Positions 9,217 through 19,502 are shown, numbered from the whole stretch's first letter. The stretch is DNA of 59,930 bases, filler included, from 9 parts of 9 records of this genome joined end to end with filler, not necessarily neighbours in it, one strand, 5' to 3'. Notes: generated from the sequence alone by a model not told the origin. Program-made: numbers and translations.

Positions 9217-12200
9217 TATAAGCAAACTATTTTTTTAGAATATATTTTGTTGTCGCCATCTCGTACAGCAACAATATAAATTCCATTGTTTAATTCGGGA
9301 ACAGATAATTTTACCTCTTGCTGATTAACAGATTTATTTATCAATAACTGTCCTGTTATTGAATAAACCTTAATATCAGTAACCTGAGTATTATGAGAAA
9401 TTTCTAAGGTTTTCGAGGTTGAATTCAAATAAATAGAGATTTCCTCAGTTCCGCTTGGGGATAGTATTTCATCCACCGCAGTAGGAAAACCATCTTCATT
9501 TTGAGCTTCAATAATGTGTGCAACCAAACTGTTAATATAAACCTCGATATTTGGATACACTCCATCAACCGTTGTTAACTGTGCATCACTAGGGTCGTTA
9601 GGATCCAAATCGTTTGCATTTTCCCAATCATCTGGCATTCCATCATCATCGGTATCAGTAGGAGCATCTTCCGAATTCAGTGTTGGCCAACCGCCAACTG
9701 CCCCTTGCGTGTCTACAATACCATTGGTACTTCCATTTCCTCCATCTGTATAAGTTGCAGTTCCTGTTTCCACATCGTGTATGATACGAAGGTCTACAGA
9801 ATCGGTTACCAGACTTGCCCCGCAATAATCAAGGATCTTTTCATAAGCCATTTCGGCGGTATGGGTGGTAACCCTTCCCGGATCATGCGGTTCCGACATA
9901 CGCATAGCTGCTTTATCTTCTTCGCTTACCGTTCCGTACTTCGAGTGGAACTGGTTATATACACCATAAGTCCAGTTATCGTTGGTTGCTCTTTCCGATT
10001 CAGTTAAAACATTTCCATCGATATAAAATTTACCCCAGGTATCGTAAATCGGGTATTGATCATCCAATTGTTTATCGAATGAGGCAATACGTTCATCTTT
10101 TGTTGTCGCTGGTCCCGCCTTATAGTAACAATTTATGATATTAACGTTCATTGCTTCTCCTCCATAGCAGCTATTTCCTTGCCAGTTATAGATAACATTG
10201 TTGCGCAGATCAACCAAGTCTGTTAAGGCAAAAATATCACCTTTCTTTTCTCCCAATCTTGGATTTCTGCTGTCGTGATGAGCCAAAAGGTTGTGATGGA
10301 AAGAAGCATTTTTACCTCCCCATATACCACCATAACCATGTGATCCTTTGTCATGAACTGAATTTCTTAAACTTTCTGAGATAATACACCACTGTAGTGA
10401 AAAGTTTTCATTCTGATAGAATGAAACACATTCGTCGGTGCTCCAACTCATGGAGCAGTGGTCAATAATGATGTTTTCGTGGTATCGTCCACCAAGTGCA
10501 TCACCTTCCTGCTCTGCCTCATCGCCCATTCTAAATCGCATAAAACGAATAATAACGTTATCAGCATCTACAGTAACCGGGTAATCGCGCAATGTAATTC
10601 CATCACCAGGAGCAGTTTGCCCGGCTATGGTAATGTTATCATTTTTTATTTTAAGATCTGATTTTAGTTGAATAGTTCCCGAAACTTTAAACAGTACTAT
10701 TCTAGCTCCACTTTGTTCAACGGCATAACGTAATGACCCAGCACTACTATTGTCTTCCAGGTTGGTTACATAAATAACTTTACCACCCCGACCTCCTGTA
10801 ACATCTCGTCCATGGCCTTCAGCTCCGGGAAATGCAGCAAGCTCTTCGGTTGATCCTCCACCTTCGCCGACTACAATTTTTCCTGTACCTTCAAAAAGGT
10901 CGGAATGAGTTGAAATTGAATATTCACCGGCTTCCATAGTTTCGCCGTTTAAAATCATTTTATTTACATTGACTGTAGTGTTTAAAACAGCTTTTGCCGA
11001 TTCGTTCAGAGTGAGTACCAGCGAATCTCCTGCGGCTTTTTCATGGCTGAAAATTACCTTGTTTTCATGTCCCGCAATAATAGCTCCTTTTCCGAATGCG
11101 TTTTCGCTTTCGCCTTCAATGGTAGTCACATAGCCTGAAGTTGATGGATACTTGGTGCTATATGTCGTTAAATCCCAGGTTCCGGTGAATTCTGAATTAT
11201 CACCGGTAAGCAATAATCTTCCCGTGTTTAAGGTTCCTTTACCGTTATTTATTGCGGTTATGGTCGAGCTACCTGAAATTGAGCCATATAATCCAAGAGT
11301 ACTTCCATCATTGTTGCCACTTTCCATGATCATATATACATCACCATCAACTTTTATCGGGGCATCCAGCGACATTCCAGCTCCGCCGGTATTGTATTTA
11401 AAGTTGGTACCCTCCTTTAATGTTATGGTACCTGTTGATTTATGTGCACCACGCATACGAATGTTACCTGTATTCTGAACTATAAGATCGGCTTCAAATA
11501 CCGTTGAAGTTGTTTCCATTTCTTCTTCAACGATTACGGTTTCTCCTGCTTCAGGAACCAGGGCAGGAGTAAAATGCTCTGCAACATCCCAATTTCCATT
11601 GCTTTCCCGATGAAAATAGAAAGTATCGGGGCGACCGATAATAATCTTTCCGGTTCCGCTAATTAACTCTGGATTGGTTACTGATGTGTATTCTCCAACA
11701 TTTTGTAATACCTCGTCGATAAAGAACTCGCTTAGAGTTACATCGGCTGAAAGCGAGAGGTTTGATCCGCTTACAACTTTTAGCTGGGCTTTAGCGTACA
11801 AGGCATTGTCATCGGCAACAGCCAGTGTTGCATCGTTGTTAACATTTACCGAACTATTTCCAAGCGATCCAGAGACGGTGGCTTCCATCGTCCCGCCATT
11901 TACATTAATGTTTCCTGAGAAGTTGCTGTTGTCGGCATTTAGAAGCAAGGAGCCACTACCAGTTTTGGTTAGGGGATGCACGCCCTGAAGTGTTGCATCG
12001 AGTGTTAGGGTGCCGTTTATATTGAAATTGATTGAATCTTTTGTTGCGACTTTTCCTTTTAACGAAACATCGTTTGAGGTTGAAAGAGTTGCATTGTTTA
12101 CTGAAATAAGTGTTGCAAAACTGTTGGCTGAAATGTCCAGATTGGCGTAATTTTTCAAAACCAGGTCGGCAGGGAATGTATCACCATCAGCAATAAGAGT

Positions 12201-12680
12201 AAATGCACTGTCTACTGTCGCTAATTCGCCATTTGCAGGTATTCCTGCAGGATTCCAGTTTTGTGCTTCCAACCAACCATCATTTTCTGCATTTCCTGTC
12301 CATGTATAGGTTTGAACAATAGGAGCTTCAGCTGTAGGGTCCCAATTATCGTCTCCGGCCATTACCTTTTGTACGGTATATTCCAGTGCTTCTTCGTCGG
12401 TTAATGCCTTTATCCCTGCCCATTCAGCACGGTTACTCATATCGGCCCCTGAACCACTGTTGTTGTATTCATACAAGTGTAAATCTTCGCTGGTGTTGGC
12501 ATAGTCCATATTCCATTTGTCACCCCATCCTTCAGGGTGGATGTATTCAGTCATTTCACAGTTTAACCAAGCCACTTTGGGATAATTATGCCATGGGCGA
12601 CCAAAACGGACCAATTCTCCATCATCTCCACCTCTTGGACTGTCCCAGGCATAGGTAATCTGGCATTCGTTAAAAACAAA
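9216..12680 (-). CDS. multidomain pectinase: CE8 C-terminus, beta-helix repeats, PL1 pectate lyase, T9SS C-terminal domain (5' truncated)
   Basis: Frame open to the contig edge (FVFNEC..FGRPW); AFPGAEGHG..TGGRGG, IIDHCSMSW, HHDSRNPR for PL1; DTDDDGMPDDWE; YSITGQ..GIYIV CTD. Confidence 0.88.
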   Translation of the reverse strand, partial: FVFNECQITYAWDSPRGGDDGELVRFGRPWHNYPKVAWLNCEMTEYIHPEGWGDKWNMDYANTSEDLHLYEYNNSGSGADMSNRAEWAGIKALTDEEALEYTVQKVMAGDDNWDPTAEAPIVQTYTWTGNAENDGWLEAQNWNPAGIPANGELATVDSAFTLIADGDTFPADLVLKNYANLDISANSFATLISVNNATLSTSNDVSLKGKVATKDSINFNINGTLTLDATLQGVHPLTKTGSGSLLLNADNSNFSGNINVNGGTMEATVSGSLGNSSVNVNNDATLAVADDNALYAKAQLKVVSGSNLSLSADVTLSEFFIDEVLQNVGEYTSVTNPELISGTGKIIIGRPDTFYFHRESNGNWDVAEHFTPALVPEAGETVIVEEEMETTSTVFEADLIVQNTGNIRMRGAHKSTGTITLKEGTNFKYNTGGAGMSLDAPIKVDGDVYMIMESGNNDGSTLGLYGSISGSSTITAINNGKGTLNTGRLLLTGDNSEFTGTWDLTTYSTKYPSTSGYVTTIEGESENAFGKGAIIAGHENKVIFSHEKAAGDSLVLTLNESAKAVLNTTVNVNKMILNGETMEAGEYSISTHSDLFEGTGKIVVGEGGGSTEELAAFPGAEGHGRDVTGGRGGKVIYVTNLEDNSSAGSLRYAVEQSGARIVLFKVSGTIQLKSDLKIKNDNITIAGQTAPGDGITLRDYPVTVDADNVIIRFMRFRMGDEAEQEGDALGGRYHENIIIDHCSMSWSTDECVSFYQNENFSLQWCIISESLRNSVHDKGSHGYGGIWGGKNASFHHNLLAHHDSRNPRLGEKKGDIFALTDLVDLRNNVIYNWQGNSCYGGEAMNVNIINCYYKAGPATTKDERIASFDKQLDDQYPIYDTWGKFYIDGNVLTESERATNDNWTYGVYNQFHSKYGTVSEEDKAAMRMSEPHDPGRVTTHTAEMAYEKILDYCGASLVTDSVDLRIIHDVETGTATYTDGGNGSTNGIVDTQGAVGGWPTLNSEDAPTDTDDDGMPDDWENANDLDPNDPSDAQLTTVDGVYPNIEVYINSLVAHIIEAQNEDGFPTAVDEILSPSGTEEISIYLNSTSKTLEISHNTQVTDIKVYSITGQLLINKSVNQQEVKLSVPELNNGIYIVAVRDGDNKIYSKKIVCL

Positions 12681-12780
12681 NNNNNNNNNNNNNNNNNNNN
12701 NNNNNNNNNNNNNNNNNNNNNNNNTTAATTAATTAANNNNNNNNNNNNNNNNNNNNNNNNNNNNNNNNNNNNNNNNNNNN
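12681..12780. other. artificial contig spacer
   Basis: N run with TTAATTAATTAA. Confidence 0.99.
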
Positions 12781-13246
12781 TGTTTCGGGATCCGTTCAAT
12801 TCAAAGTTCTTAAAAAGCAATAACAACTGTTCGAAGTGATCCTTTTTCAACCGGTCGTTGACGGCATAGAGAGGGTGGGCAATGATGTTACATATATTTT
12901 CCTTTCTGAAATACGCACACAAATCAAAAACGTTTTGTCGAAGGAGCTGGATCTCCTTGTGCTGGTTCTCGGTGATGTCCAGGGCCAGCACATGAAGTTT
13001 GCACCCGTCTTCGGGAAAATACGCGGTAACCTCTTCACTGACAAATGTGTTGGGAAGGTGGGCAATCTCCAACGCCCCGTCAATACGGTTATGATCGGTA
13101 ATGGTCACATGTGTCATCCCCTTTCGCTTGGCGATATCATACAGCCGTAGGGGTTCTGTAAAACTTTCCGGACAGTCCAGTTTTTGCAAAATCCACTGTG
13201 ACGGACGTTCGGAATATTTGGAGTGTACGTGCAAATCGATCCGCAT
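12781..13246 (-). CDS. PHP-domain phosphoesterase, probably the N-terminus of a PHP-glycosyltransferase fusion (truncated)
   Basis: DLHVHS, TITDHN, SEE, HVL, IAHP PHP motifs; the glycosyltransferase part is recalled from similar proteins and is not in the window. Confidence 0.75.
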
Positions 13247-13373
13247 TCCATTTCCTTTCCAATTTGATCCTTCTAAATTGCACAACCCCGCCCGCTCAAA
13301 AATGGGCAACCTGGACACAAGCCTTCTTTGAAGGCCGTGCTTCTATGATTTAACGGTGTCTTCTCACGGTAGT

Positions 13374-13412
13374 ATTAAAGCAAGGTTAAGAAACGGATAG
13401 CTTTTTGTTAAG
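13374..13412 (-). promoter_or_regulatory. 11-bp-phased direct repeats, PhoB/OmpR-type box candidate
   Basis: Minus strand CTTAAC-N5-GCTATC-N5-CTTAAC-N5-TTTAAT upstream of the PHP gene. Confidence 0.55.
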
Positions 13413-13430
13413 ATCTGAGTTTTGAAGAAC

Positions 13431-14765
13431 TCAGGATAGAAGAGATAATTCCTTACTGGTTCTCTTTTGTTTGATCCCCTTGCCGAAAAACAATTCGTAC
13501 TGTTTTAATTTCCTCGTACTCGGTGGTCGGCGGCCATCGAACAGGTCGCAAGCCCTGTAGTAAGCAAGATCTTTTACCCAAGTCAGCATGGCTTGGCGGG
13601 TGGTAAAGAAGCGACGCATCAGTCCCAAGGGGTCGGCAAAAGTTTCAAGCAGCGGGCCTATCAATTCCGAAGGATCCCGAAAGCATTCCCAGTCACACTG
13701 CCGGCAGGCATGATCCTCTTTTAAAGGTACCGTTTGTTTGAAATCCACCGAATCAAAATCATTGAAATCTTCCGCACCCCGATATCCACAAGGGTAGGCA
13801 TGTCCATCGGCAGCATTGACAAAGAAAAAATCCACGCCTCCCCTGCACCCGTATGTCGATTTGCGATACGCACCCGTTCCGTATTGGCGGACAAGTGCCT
13901 CGATGGAGCAAAGTGGGGAAAAGATCCGTATCCGGGAACGGCACCTTGATACGGCGCGCTTCAGGGCTTTGAACAGCACCTGTTTTTCCCGGCGGGTGAA
14001 TCGAACAATATCCTCGACGGTCGTCGCGGCATAAACGGCGCTTAATCCTTGTTCTATCTCTTTGTCGTCAATGCTCATGGGATAACATGTGTTGGCCATG
14101 GTAAAGCCCAAATCAACCGCCCGCCGGTAGAACCGTTCGAGTGCCTGTTCATAACGATTATAAAAAGTTGCGAGATACCGGTCCTGCGAATCGAATGCAC
14201 GCTTTTCCAGACTCCTGGTTGCAACACCGCCCACATTTCGGTTAATGCCAAGATTGGCTGCCGGATAAATCCCGTTTTCGTGAAAAATGGGCAATGCTTT
14301 TTCAATTCCTGCGACGACACCGGGGAACCCACGCATTTGTTCATGTACGCTGTCCACGGCGGAATCCAGACTGATCCAGAAATTCCGCAACGGCGTATCG
14401 GCGAGTTTTTTTACAATCTCCTCTACCCTTTTCAAAAATCCCTTTTTATCTGAATTGGCAAAAATAAACCCGTTTGTTCCAGTTCGTATAAAAGGGATCC
14501 CTGCTTTGCCGGCGTAGCGGATCAACGCCACAAGGCGATCAATGTCCAGCAATGGCTCTCCACCGGTAAAGGAGACGGCCGAAACACCTTTTTGTGCGGC
14601 TGCATCGATGGTTCGTTTTATCTTCTCGGTTTGAAGAGTGGAACGTGAAAACTTCTCCGTCACACGCATTCCGCATTGCGGGCAACGGGCGTTGCATCTG
14701 TCAGTGATCTGAATGACAACCTGGCCGGGAATTCGATTGCTTAGGATTGACTTGAGTATTTTCAT
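13431..14765 (-). CDS. radical SAM protein with SPASM/twitch-like C-terminal Cys cluster
   Basis: CNARCPQC (CxxxCxxC), FTGGEP, CRGG..YPC..CRQCDWEC. Confidence 0.9.
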   Translation of the reverse strand: MKILKSILSNRIPGQVVIQITDRCNARCPQCGMRVTEKFSRSTLQTEKIKRTIDAAAQKGVSAVSFTGGEPLLDIDRLVALIRYAGKAGIPFIRTGTNGFIFANSDKKGFLKRVEEIVKKLADTPLRNFWISLDSAVDSVHEQMRGFPGVVAGIEKALPIFHENGIYPAANLGINRNVGGVATRSLEKRAFDSQDRYLATFYNRYEQALERFYRRAVDLGFTMANTCYPMSIDDKEIEQGLSAVYAATTVEDIVRFTRREKQVLFKALKRAVSRCRSRIRIFSPLCSIEALVRQYGTGAYRKSTYGCRGGVDFFFVNAADGHAYPCGYRGAEDFNDFDSVDFKQTVPLKEDHACRQCDWECFRDPSELIGPLLETFADPLGLMRRFFTTRQAMLTWVKDLAYYRACDLFDGRRPPSTRKLKQYELFFGKGIKQKRTSKELSLLS

Positions 14766-14905
14766 TGATTGGCTGGTGGATGGTTGTAGGTGGTCTATCG
14801 GGTGTCAGGTCTTTTTAGGATTTTCTTCCCTTGTTCATATTGCTCTATCACCGTCTCTCGCTTCTTCATTCGGGATAGCAGAGACCTACCTATACCCATC
14901 CAATT

Positions 14906-14944
14906 GTTTTCTCAGAGTTAGCCCATTGTTTGGTTTTGGTTATG
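14906..14944 (-). promoter_or_regulatory. second 11-bp-phased repeat array, Pho-box candidate
   Basis: Minus strand CATAAC-N5-CCAAAC-N5-GCTAAC-N5-GAAAAC upstream of the radical SAM gene; weaker than the first array. Confidence 0.4.
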
Positions 14945-15070
14945 ATTTTTTTTAGACAGGTGTTGGACCGGCGAAGCCATGAACCGGGGTTGGTGCCCAG
15001 AGGCAATCCCGGTTCAAAATGCGGCGTCTCCCCTTTTCAACCCAAAACAACCTGTCAAAAAAGGCGGGTT

Positions 15071-16417
15071 CTACTTTTCTGGGGAAATGGGTCGACTGCC
15101 AACACTGGCATAGGTAAATCCCATCTCTCTCATGAAGGAGCGGGAGTAAAGATTTCGACCGTCAAAGACAACCGGATTGGTCAGCAATTTTTTCATCCGA
15201 ATAAAATCTGGATTTCGGAACTGATTCCAATCCGTAACAATAGCAACCGCATCGGCACCCTCAAGAGTCGTATATTGATCATCCATGATCGTTGCCAGGG
15301 CATTTTCCCGAAGAATCGATTTTCCATTGTCACCGGCCACGGGATCGAAAGCCCTGATTTTCATACCGGCACCGGTGAGCCTTCCGATAATATCCAACGC
15401 AGCGGACTCACGCATATCGTCTGTATTTGCTTTAAAGGCCAGTCCCCACAAAGCCAGGATTTTTCCTTCCACCCCTCCATGCTCATCAAAATAGGCGATG
15501 ACCTTTTCCGCAAGCCTGGTTTTCTGGCGCTGGTTCACCTCATCCACAGCTTCAACGAGGCTGGGCTGACAGCCATTTTCCCTGGCCGTATTGATCAGAG
15601 CCCTTACATCCTTGGGAAAACAGGACCCACCGTAACCGACACCGGGATAAATAAAGTGATAACCAATGCGCCGATCGGAACCGATTCCCGCACGGACCTC
15701 CCGGACATCCGCACCCACATGTTCACAAATATTGGCCACTTCGTTCATAAAGGAAATCTTGGTGGCCAGCATGCAGTTGGCGGCGTACTTGGTCATTTCG
15801 GCGCTGCGAACCCCCATGACAATCATTTTATCCCGGCTTCTGGCAAAAGGTGCATATAAGGTTTCCAAAAGCTTGGCTGTCCTCACATTGTCCGTGCCCA
15901 CTATCACCCGGTCCGGTTTTAAAAAGTCGTTGACAGCATCCCCCTCTTTCAAAAATTCCGGATTGGACACCACGTCAAATTCCACGGAGATCCCACGTTT
16001 GGTTAACTGCTCCTGAATAATTCCTCTTACGCGATCCGCCGTCCCCACCGGAACCGTCGATTTATTGATGATTATTTTATAATCGGCAAGGGTCTCTCCG
16101 ATCTGGCGGGCCACGGTATCCACGTACCTGAGATCGCAAGAACCATCCGGCATTGAAGGGGTACCGACACAACTGAACACGAAAAGAGCTTCTTTCATTC
16201 CTTGGGCAAGATCGGTGCTGAAGGTGAGCCGGCCTTCCTCGGCATTCCTGCTTACCAGGGCTTCCAGCCCCGGTTCGAAAATATGAATTTTTCCTTCGTT
16301 CAGCTTCCCAATCACATCTTCATTCACATCCACACAGATCACATCGTTGCCCATTTCAGCGAGACACGCCGCCGCCACAAGCCCTACATACCCGGTTCCA
16401 ACAATACAAATATTCAT
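15071..16417 (-). CDS. ugd: UDP-glucose 6-dehydrogenase
   Basis: GTGYVG, KSTVPVG, SNPEFLKEG, GYGGSCFPKD, GLAFK..DDMRES. Confidence 0.95.
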   Translation of the reverse strand: MNICIVGTGYVGLVAAACLAEMGNDVICVDVNEDVIGKLNEGKIHIFEPGLEALVSRNAEEGRLTFSTDLAQGMKEALFVFSCVGTPSMPDGSCDLRYVDTVARQIGETLADYKIIINKSTVPVGTADRVRGIIQEQLTKRGISVEFDVVSNPEFLKEGDAVNDFLKPDRVIVGTDNVRTAKLLETLYAPFARSRDKMIVMGVRSAEMTKYAANCMLATKISFMNEVANICEHVGADVREVRAGIGSDRRIGYHFIYPGVGYGGSCFPKDVRALINTARENGCQPSLVEAVDEVNQRQKTRLAEKVIAYFDEHGGVEGKILALWGLAFKANTDDMRESAALDIIGRLTGAGMKIRAFDPVAGDNGKSILRENALATIMDDQYTTLEGADAVAIVTDWNQFRNPDFIRMKKLLTNPVVFDGRNLYSRSFMREMGFTYASVGSRPISPEK

Positions 16418-16622
16418 CAAATCACCTTTATCGTCGTATCAGATGCGAAATTCATCGGCTATGCAGTCATTTTCTTTAGGAGCCACAACCGATTTTAACC
16501 CGGGGTTTTGATACGGTCCACCCCTTTTTCAGTATCGTTGACATGCCCTACCGTTTTTCCAATGCCCATATTCCAGTTACTGGCGCCTGAAACAATCACC
16601 GTACCGTCGGTGTTTCCGTTTT

Positions 16623-17126
16623 CTATTCCATTATTTTGAATTTTTCAGGCGGAGCACCGCAGACAGGGCATTTTTTGGGAACTTTTTTATCGGTCACATA
16701 TCCGCAAACCTGGCAAACATGGTAGGCCTTGACCTGGTCTTTGATGACATTCATAATTGCCCGTTCATATAGCTTTGCATGATAGCCTTCCGCGTCCCGG
16801 GCATGACTGAACGCCAACATAGCAGCCGTCTCGCCCTCTTCTTCGGCATCCTTGATGAAATCGGGATATACGTTTTCGCTGACCGTCTTTTCTCTTTGAA
16901 AGGAGAGTTCCAGGTTCGTATCCGTATCTTTTACGATCAAATCTTTAACAAGGTTCAATTGTCTTGTGGCGTGAACCCGTTCTGCCTCGGCAATTGCCCG
17001 AAACAACAGGTCAACCTGGGGAATATCCTCCTCCCTGGCTTTTTCTGCATAGGCCAGGAGCCGAAAATAGGCCTTGGCCTCCCCGATAAAGGCTTTGAGA
17101 ACATTTTCTTTGGTAGTGGGTTTCAT
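16623..17126 (-). CDS. rubrerythrin
   Basis: Di-iron ExxH motifs (ERVH, EGYH) and C-terminal CQVCG..CPVCG rubredoxin-like domain. Confidence 0.9.
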   Translation of the reverse strand: MKPTTKENVLKAFIGEAKAYFRLLAYAEKAREEDIPQVDLLFRAIAEAERVHATRQLNLVKDLIVKDTDTNLELSFQREKTVSENVYPDFIKDAEEEGETAAMLAFSHARDAEGYHAKLYERAIMNVIKDQVKAYHVCQVCGYVTDKKVPKKCPVCGAPPEKFKIME

Positions 17127-17221
17127 GAGATTCTCCACAAATAGGATTCAGTATAAAAACGAGCCCCGACTGTTGGTTAAAATTTTCTGTTCTTCTTCTA
17201 CCTCAATTCAACTGAAAAACA

Positions 17222-17254
17222 CAAGGGGGCTTTGAATGCTTCAAAGCCCCCTTG
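17222..17254 (-). terminator. terminator after phoR
   Basis: 15-bp perfect stem CAAGGGGGCTTTGAA/TTCAAAGCCCCCTTG followed by TGTTTTT on the minus strand. Confidence 0.8.
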
Positions 17255-17300
17255 ATGGGATACGTATAAAAAAGTTTATTCCTATTGGCAAGCGAACCGT

Positions 17301-18605
17301 TCAGGCATCTCTTTTCATGGGAAGGTGAAGTGTAAATGTGCTTCCCTTCCCCAATTCACTTTTTACCGAAACACGACCGCCATGGGCCTGGGCGATGTGT
17401 TTGACGATAGCCAGCCCCAATCCGGTGCCGCCGAGCTTTCGGCTGCGAGCCTTGTCCACCCGATAAAACCGCTCGAACAACCGGGGAAGATGCTTTTTAG
17501 AAATGCCGATTCCCTGATCCACAAAACGAATCTGTATCTCATCGTCAACGGTCCGGGCATCGATACAGATCGCACTGTCTCCCGGACTGTATTTGACGGC
17601 ATTGTCGAGCAAGTTTACCGCTGCCTGTTCTATCAATGTGGCATCCACGCATCCGATCAGGTCGGGATCGCATTCGAGCTGAACATCGATCAACTTCTCG
17701 GCAATGGCATCGTTGCAGTTTTCAATGGCGTTTGTCAGCACATCTGCAATCTTGCACCCTTCAAACCCGATCTGCTGGATCTCATCGTCTCTTTCGATAC
17801 GCGACAGCTGCATCAGGTCTTCGATGATGGTGGTCAGACGGTTGACATGCCGATCGATAATTGTCAGGAAACGACGGGTCTGTTCACTGTCTTCCAGACC
17901 ACTTGTGCAAAGCGTTTCGACAAATCCTTTGATGGCGGTCAGGGGAGTTTTGATTTCATGGGAGACGGATGCAGCGAAATCGCGTCGTATGCTCTCCAAT
18001 TGCCGCAGTTGGGTAACATCACTTAAGACAGCAAGCCCCCCCATGTGCTTTTGACCGGAATCCAACAGCGGTGTGCAATGCACGTTAAAGATCTGCTCTT
18101 CATTTTGATGATACACAATATCCGATTCTATGCTTTCTATGGTAGAAAGACTCTGATCCAACAGCTCCTGGAATTGCTGGCTTCGGATAATTTCCAGCGC
18201 GGATCTCCCGGGAGCGGTCTTTCTGCTGATGGAAAACATCTCGGCCGCTGCGGGGTTGATCTGGATAACACGTTGGTCCATGTCCGTTGCAATGACACCT
18301 TCTCGCATACTGGAAAGAACCGCTTCCGTTCGGTTGCGCTGGTTGGAAATCTGGTCAAGCCGTTGTTGGAGTTGTGACGCCATCTTGTTCATGGTCTCCG
18401 CCAAAGAGGAGAGCTCTCTGGTCGTCAAAGGGGGCAGACGATAAGAAAGATCTCCATCGGCAAATCGTTTCGCTCCTTCGCGCATCTCCTCAATGGGGGA
18501 GGAAATTCGCTTGGAAACAAACCAGCTGAATCCGGTAGCCAGCAAGGTCACAAACAACAACCCGATGGCAATTCTTGAACGAATGGCACCGATTCGATCA
18601 TCGAT
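17301..18605 (-). CDS. phoR: PhoR-like sensor kinase (HAMP-PAS-HisKA-HATPase), 5' truncated
   Basis: RRDFAASVSHEIKTPLTAIKGFVETL, FERFYRVDKARSRKLGGTGLGLAIVKH. Confidence 0.85.
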   Translation of the reverse strand: MDDRIGAIRSRIAIGLLFVTLLATGFSWFVSKRISSPIEEMREGAKRFADGDLSYRLPPLTTRELSSLAETMNKMASQLQQRLDQISNQRNRTEAVLSSMREGVIATDMDQRVIQINPAAAEMFSISRKTAPGRSALEIIRSQQFQELLDQSLSTIESIESDIVYHQNEEQIFNVHCTPLLDSGQKHMGGLAVLSDVTQLRQLESIRRDFAASVSHEIKTPLTAIKGFVETLCTSGLEDSEQTRRFLTIIDRHVNRLTTIIEDLMQLSRIERDDEIQQIGFEGCKIADVLTNAIENCNDAIAEKLIDVQLECDPDLIGCVDATLIEQAAVNLLDNAVKYSPGDSAICIDARTVDDEIQIRFVDQGIGISKKHLPRLFERFYRVDKARSRKLGGTGLGLAIVKHIAQAHGGRVSVKSELGKGSTFTLHLPMKRDA

Positions 18606-18607
18606 TG

Positions 18608-18707
18608 NNNNNNNNNNNNNNNNNNNNNNNNNNNNNNNNNNNNNNNNNNNNTTAATTAATTAANNNNNNNNNNNNNNNNNNNNNNNNNNNNNNNNNNNNN
18701 NNNNNNN
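18608..18707. other. artificial contig spacer
   Basis: N run with TTAATTAATTAA. Confidence 0.99.
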
Positions 18708-19451
18708 GCCCAGGGAATGGTTCCTTTTTGTAACATCTATTCCACTTTTATGCAACGGGCATACGACCAGGTAATTCACGATGTTGCTATTCAGAAATTA
18801 CCTGTTATTTTTTGCCTCGACCGGGGAGGATTAGTTGGTGAAGACGGCCCAACTCACCACGGTGTGTACGATATTGCATACATGCGCTTAATTCCGAATA
18901 TGGTTGTTTCAGCTCCGATGGATGAAATTGAACTCCGTAATTTAATGTACACGGCTCAGCTGGATGATATGAACCAACCCATATCAATTCGGTATCCACG
19001 GGGTTGCGGCATAAAACCAAACTGGAAAAAACCTTTCAAAAAAATTGAAATAGGGAAAGGAAGAAAATTATCTGAAGGAAAAGATATCGCCATTTTAAGC
19101 ATTGGTAAATCGGGGATATTTGCAAAACGGGCGGTTAAAAGTCTGGCTAATAAAGAAATATCGGCTGCTCATTACGATTTACGTTTTGTAAAACCACTCG
19201 ATGAAATCATGCTAACAGAGGTTTTTGAAAAATTCGACCATGTAATAACAGTTGAAGATGGAACCATAAAAGGTGGGTTTGGAAGTGCAATAGTTGAATT
19301 TATGGCTGAAAACAGTTATTCACCAAAAATTAAAATTCTGGGTATCCCCGATAAATTTATTGAACATGGTACACCAGAAGATTTATACAAAGAATGTGGA
19401 ATTGATACCAAAGGAATTGTATCAGCTGTTTTAAATATGCTGAAAAAATAA
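18708..19451 (+). CDS. dxs: 1-deoxy-D-xylulose-5-phosphate synthase, C-terminal part
   Basis: [38 protein letters not shown]. Confidence 0.95.
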   Translation, partial: AQGMVPFCNIYSTFMQRAYDQVIHDVAIQKLPVIFCLDRGGLVGEDGPTHHGVYDIAYMRLIPNMVVSAPMDEIELRNLMYTAQLDDMNQPISIRYPRGCGIKPNWKKPFKKIEIGKGRKLSEGKDIAILSIGKSGIFAKRAVKSLANKEISAAHYDLRFVKPLDEIMLTEVFEKFDHVITVEDGTIKGGFGSAIVEFMAENSYSPKIKILGIPDKFIEHGTPEDLYKECGIDTKGIVSAVLNMLKK

Positions 19452-19502
19452 TATTTTTATAATTCGCTCGTTCACAACTATTGTACTTTAAATTACTTCG
19501 CA

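Noticed and set aside
14975-15070. GC-rich hairpins downstream of ugd as an ncRNA
   Set aside because: Adequately explained as terminator or REP-like stems; single copy in the window
14930-15859. 309-aa plus-strand ORF
   Set aside because: Antisense to the well-supported ugd gene
17325-18026. 233-aa plus-strand ORF
   Set aside because: Antisense to phoR
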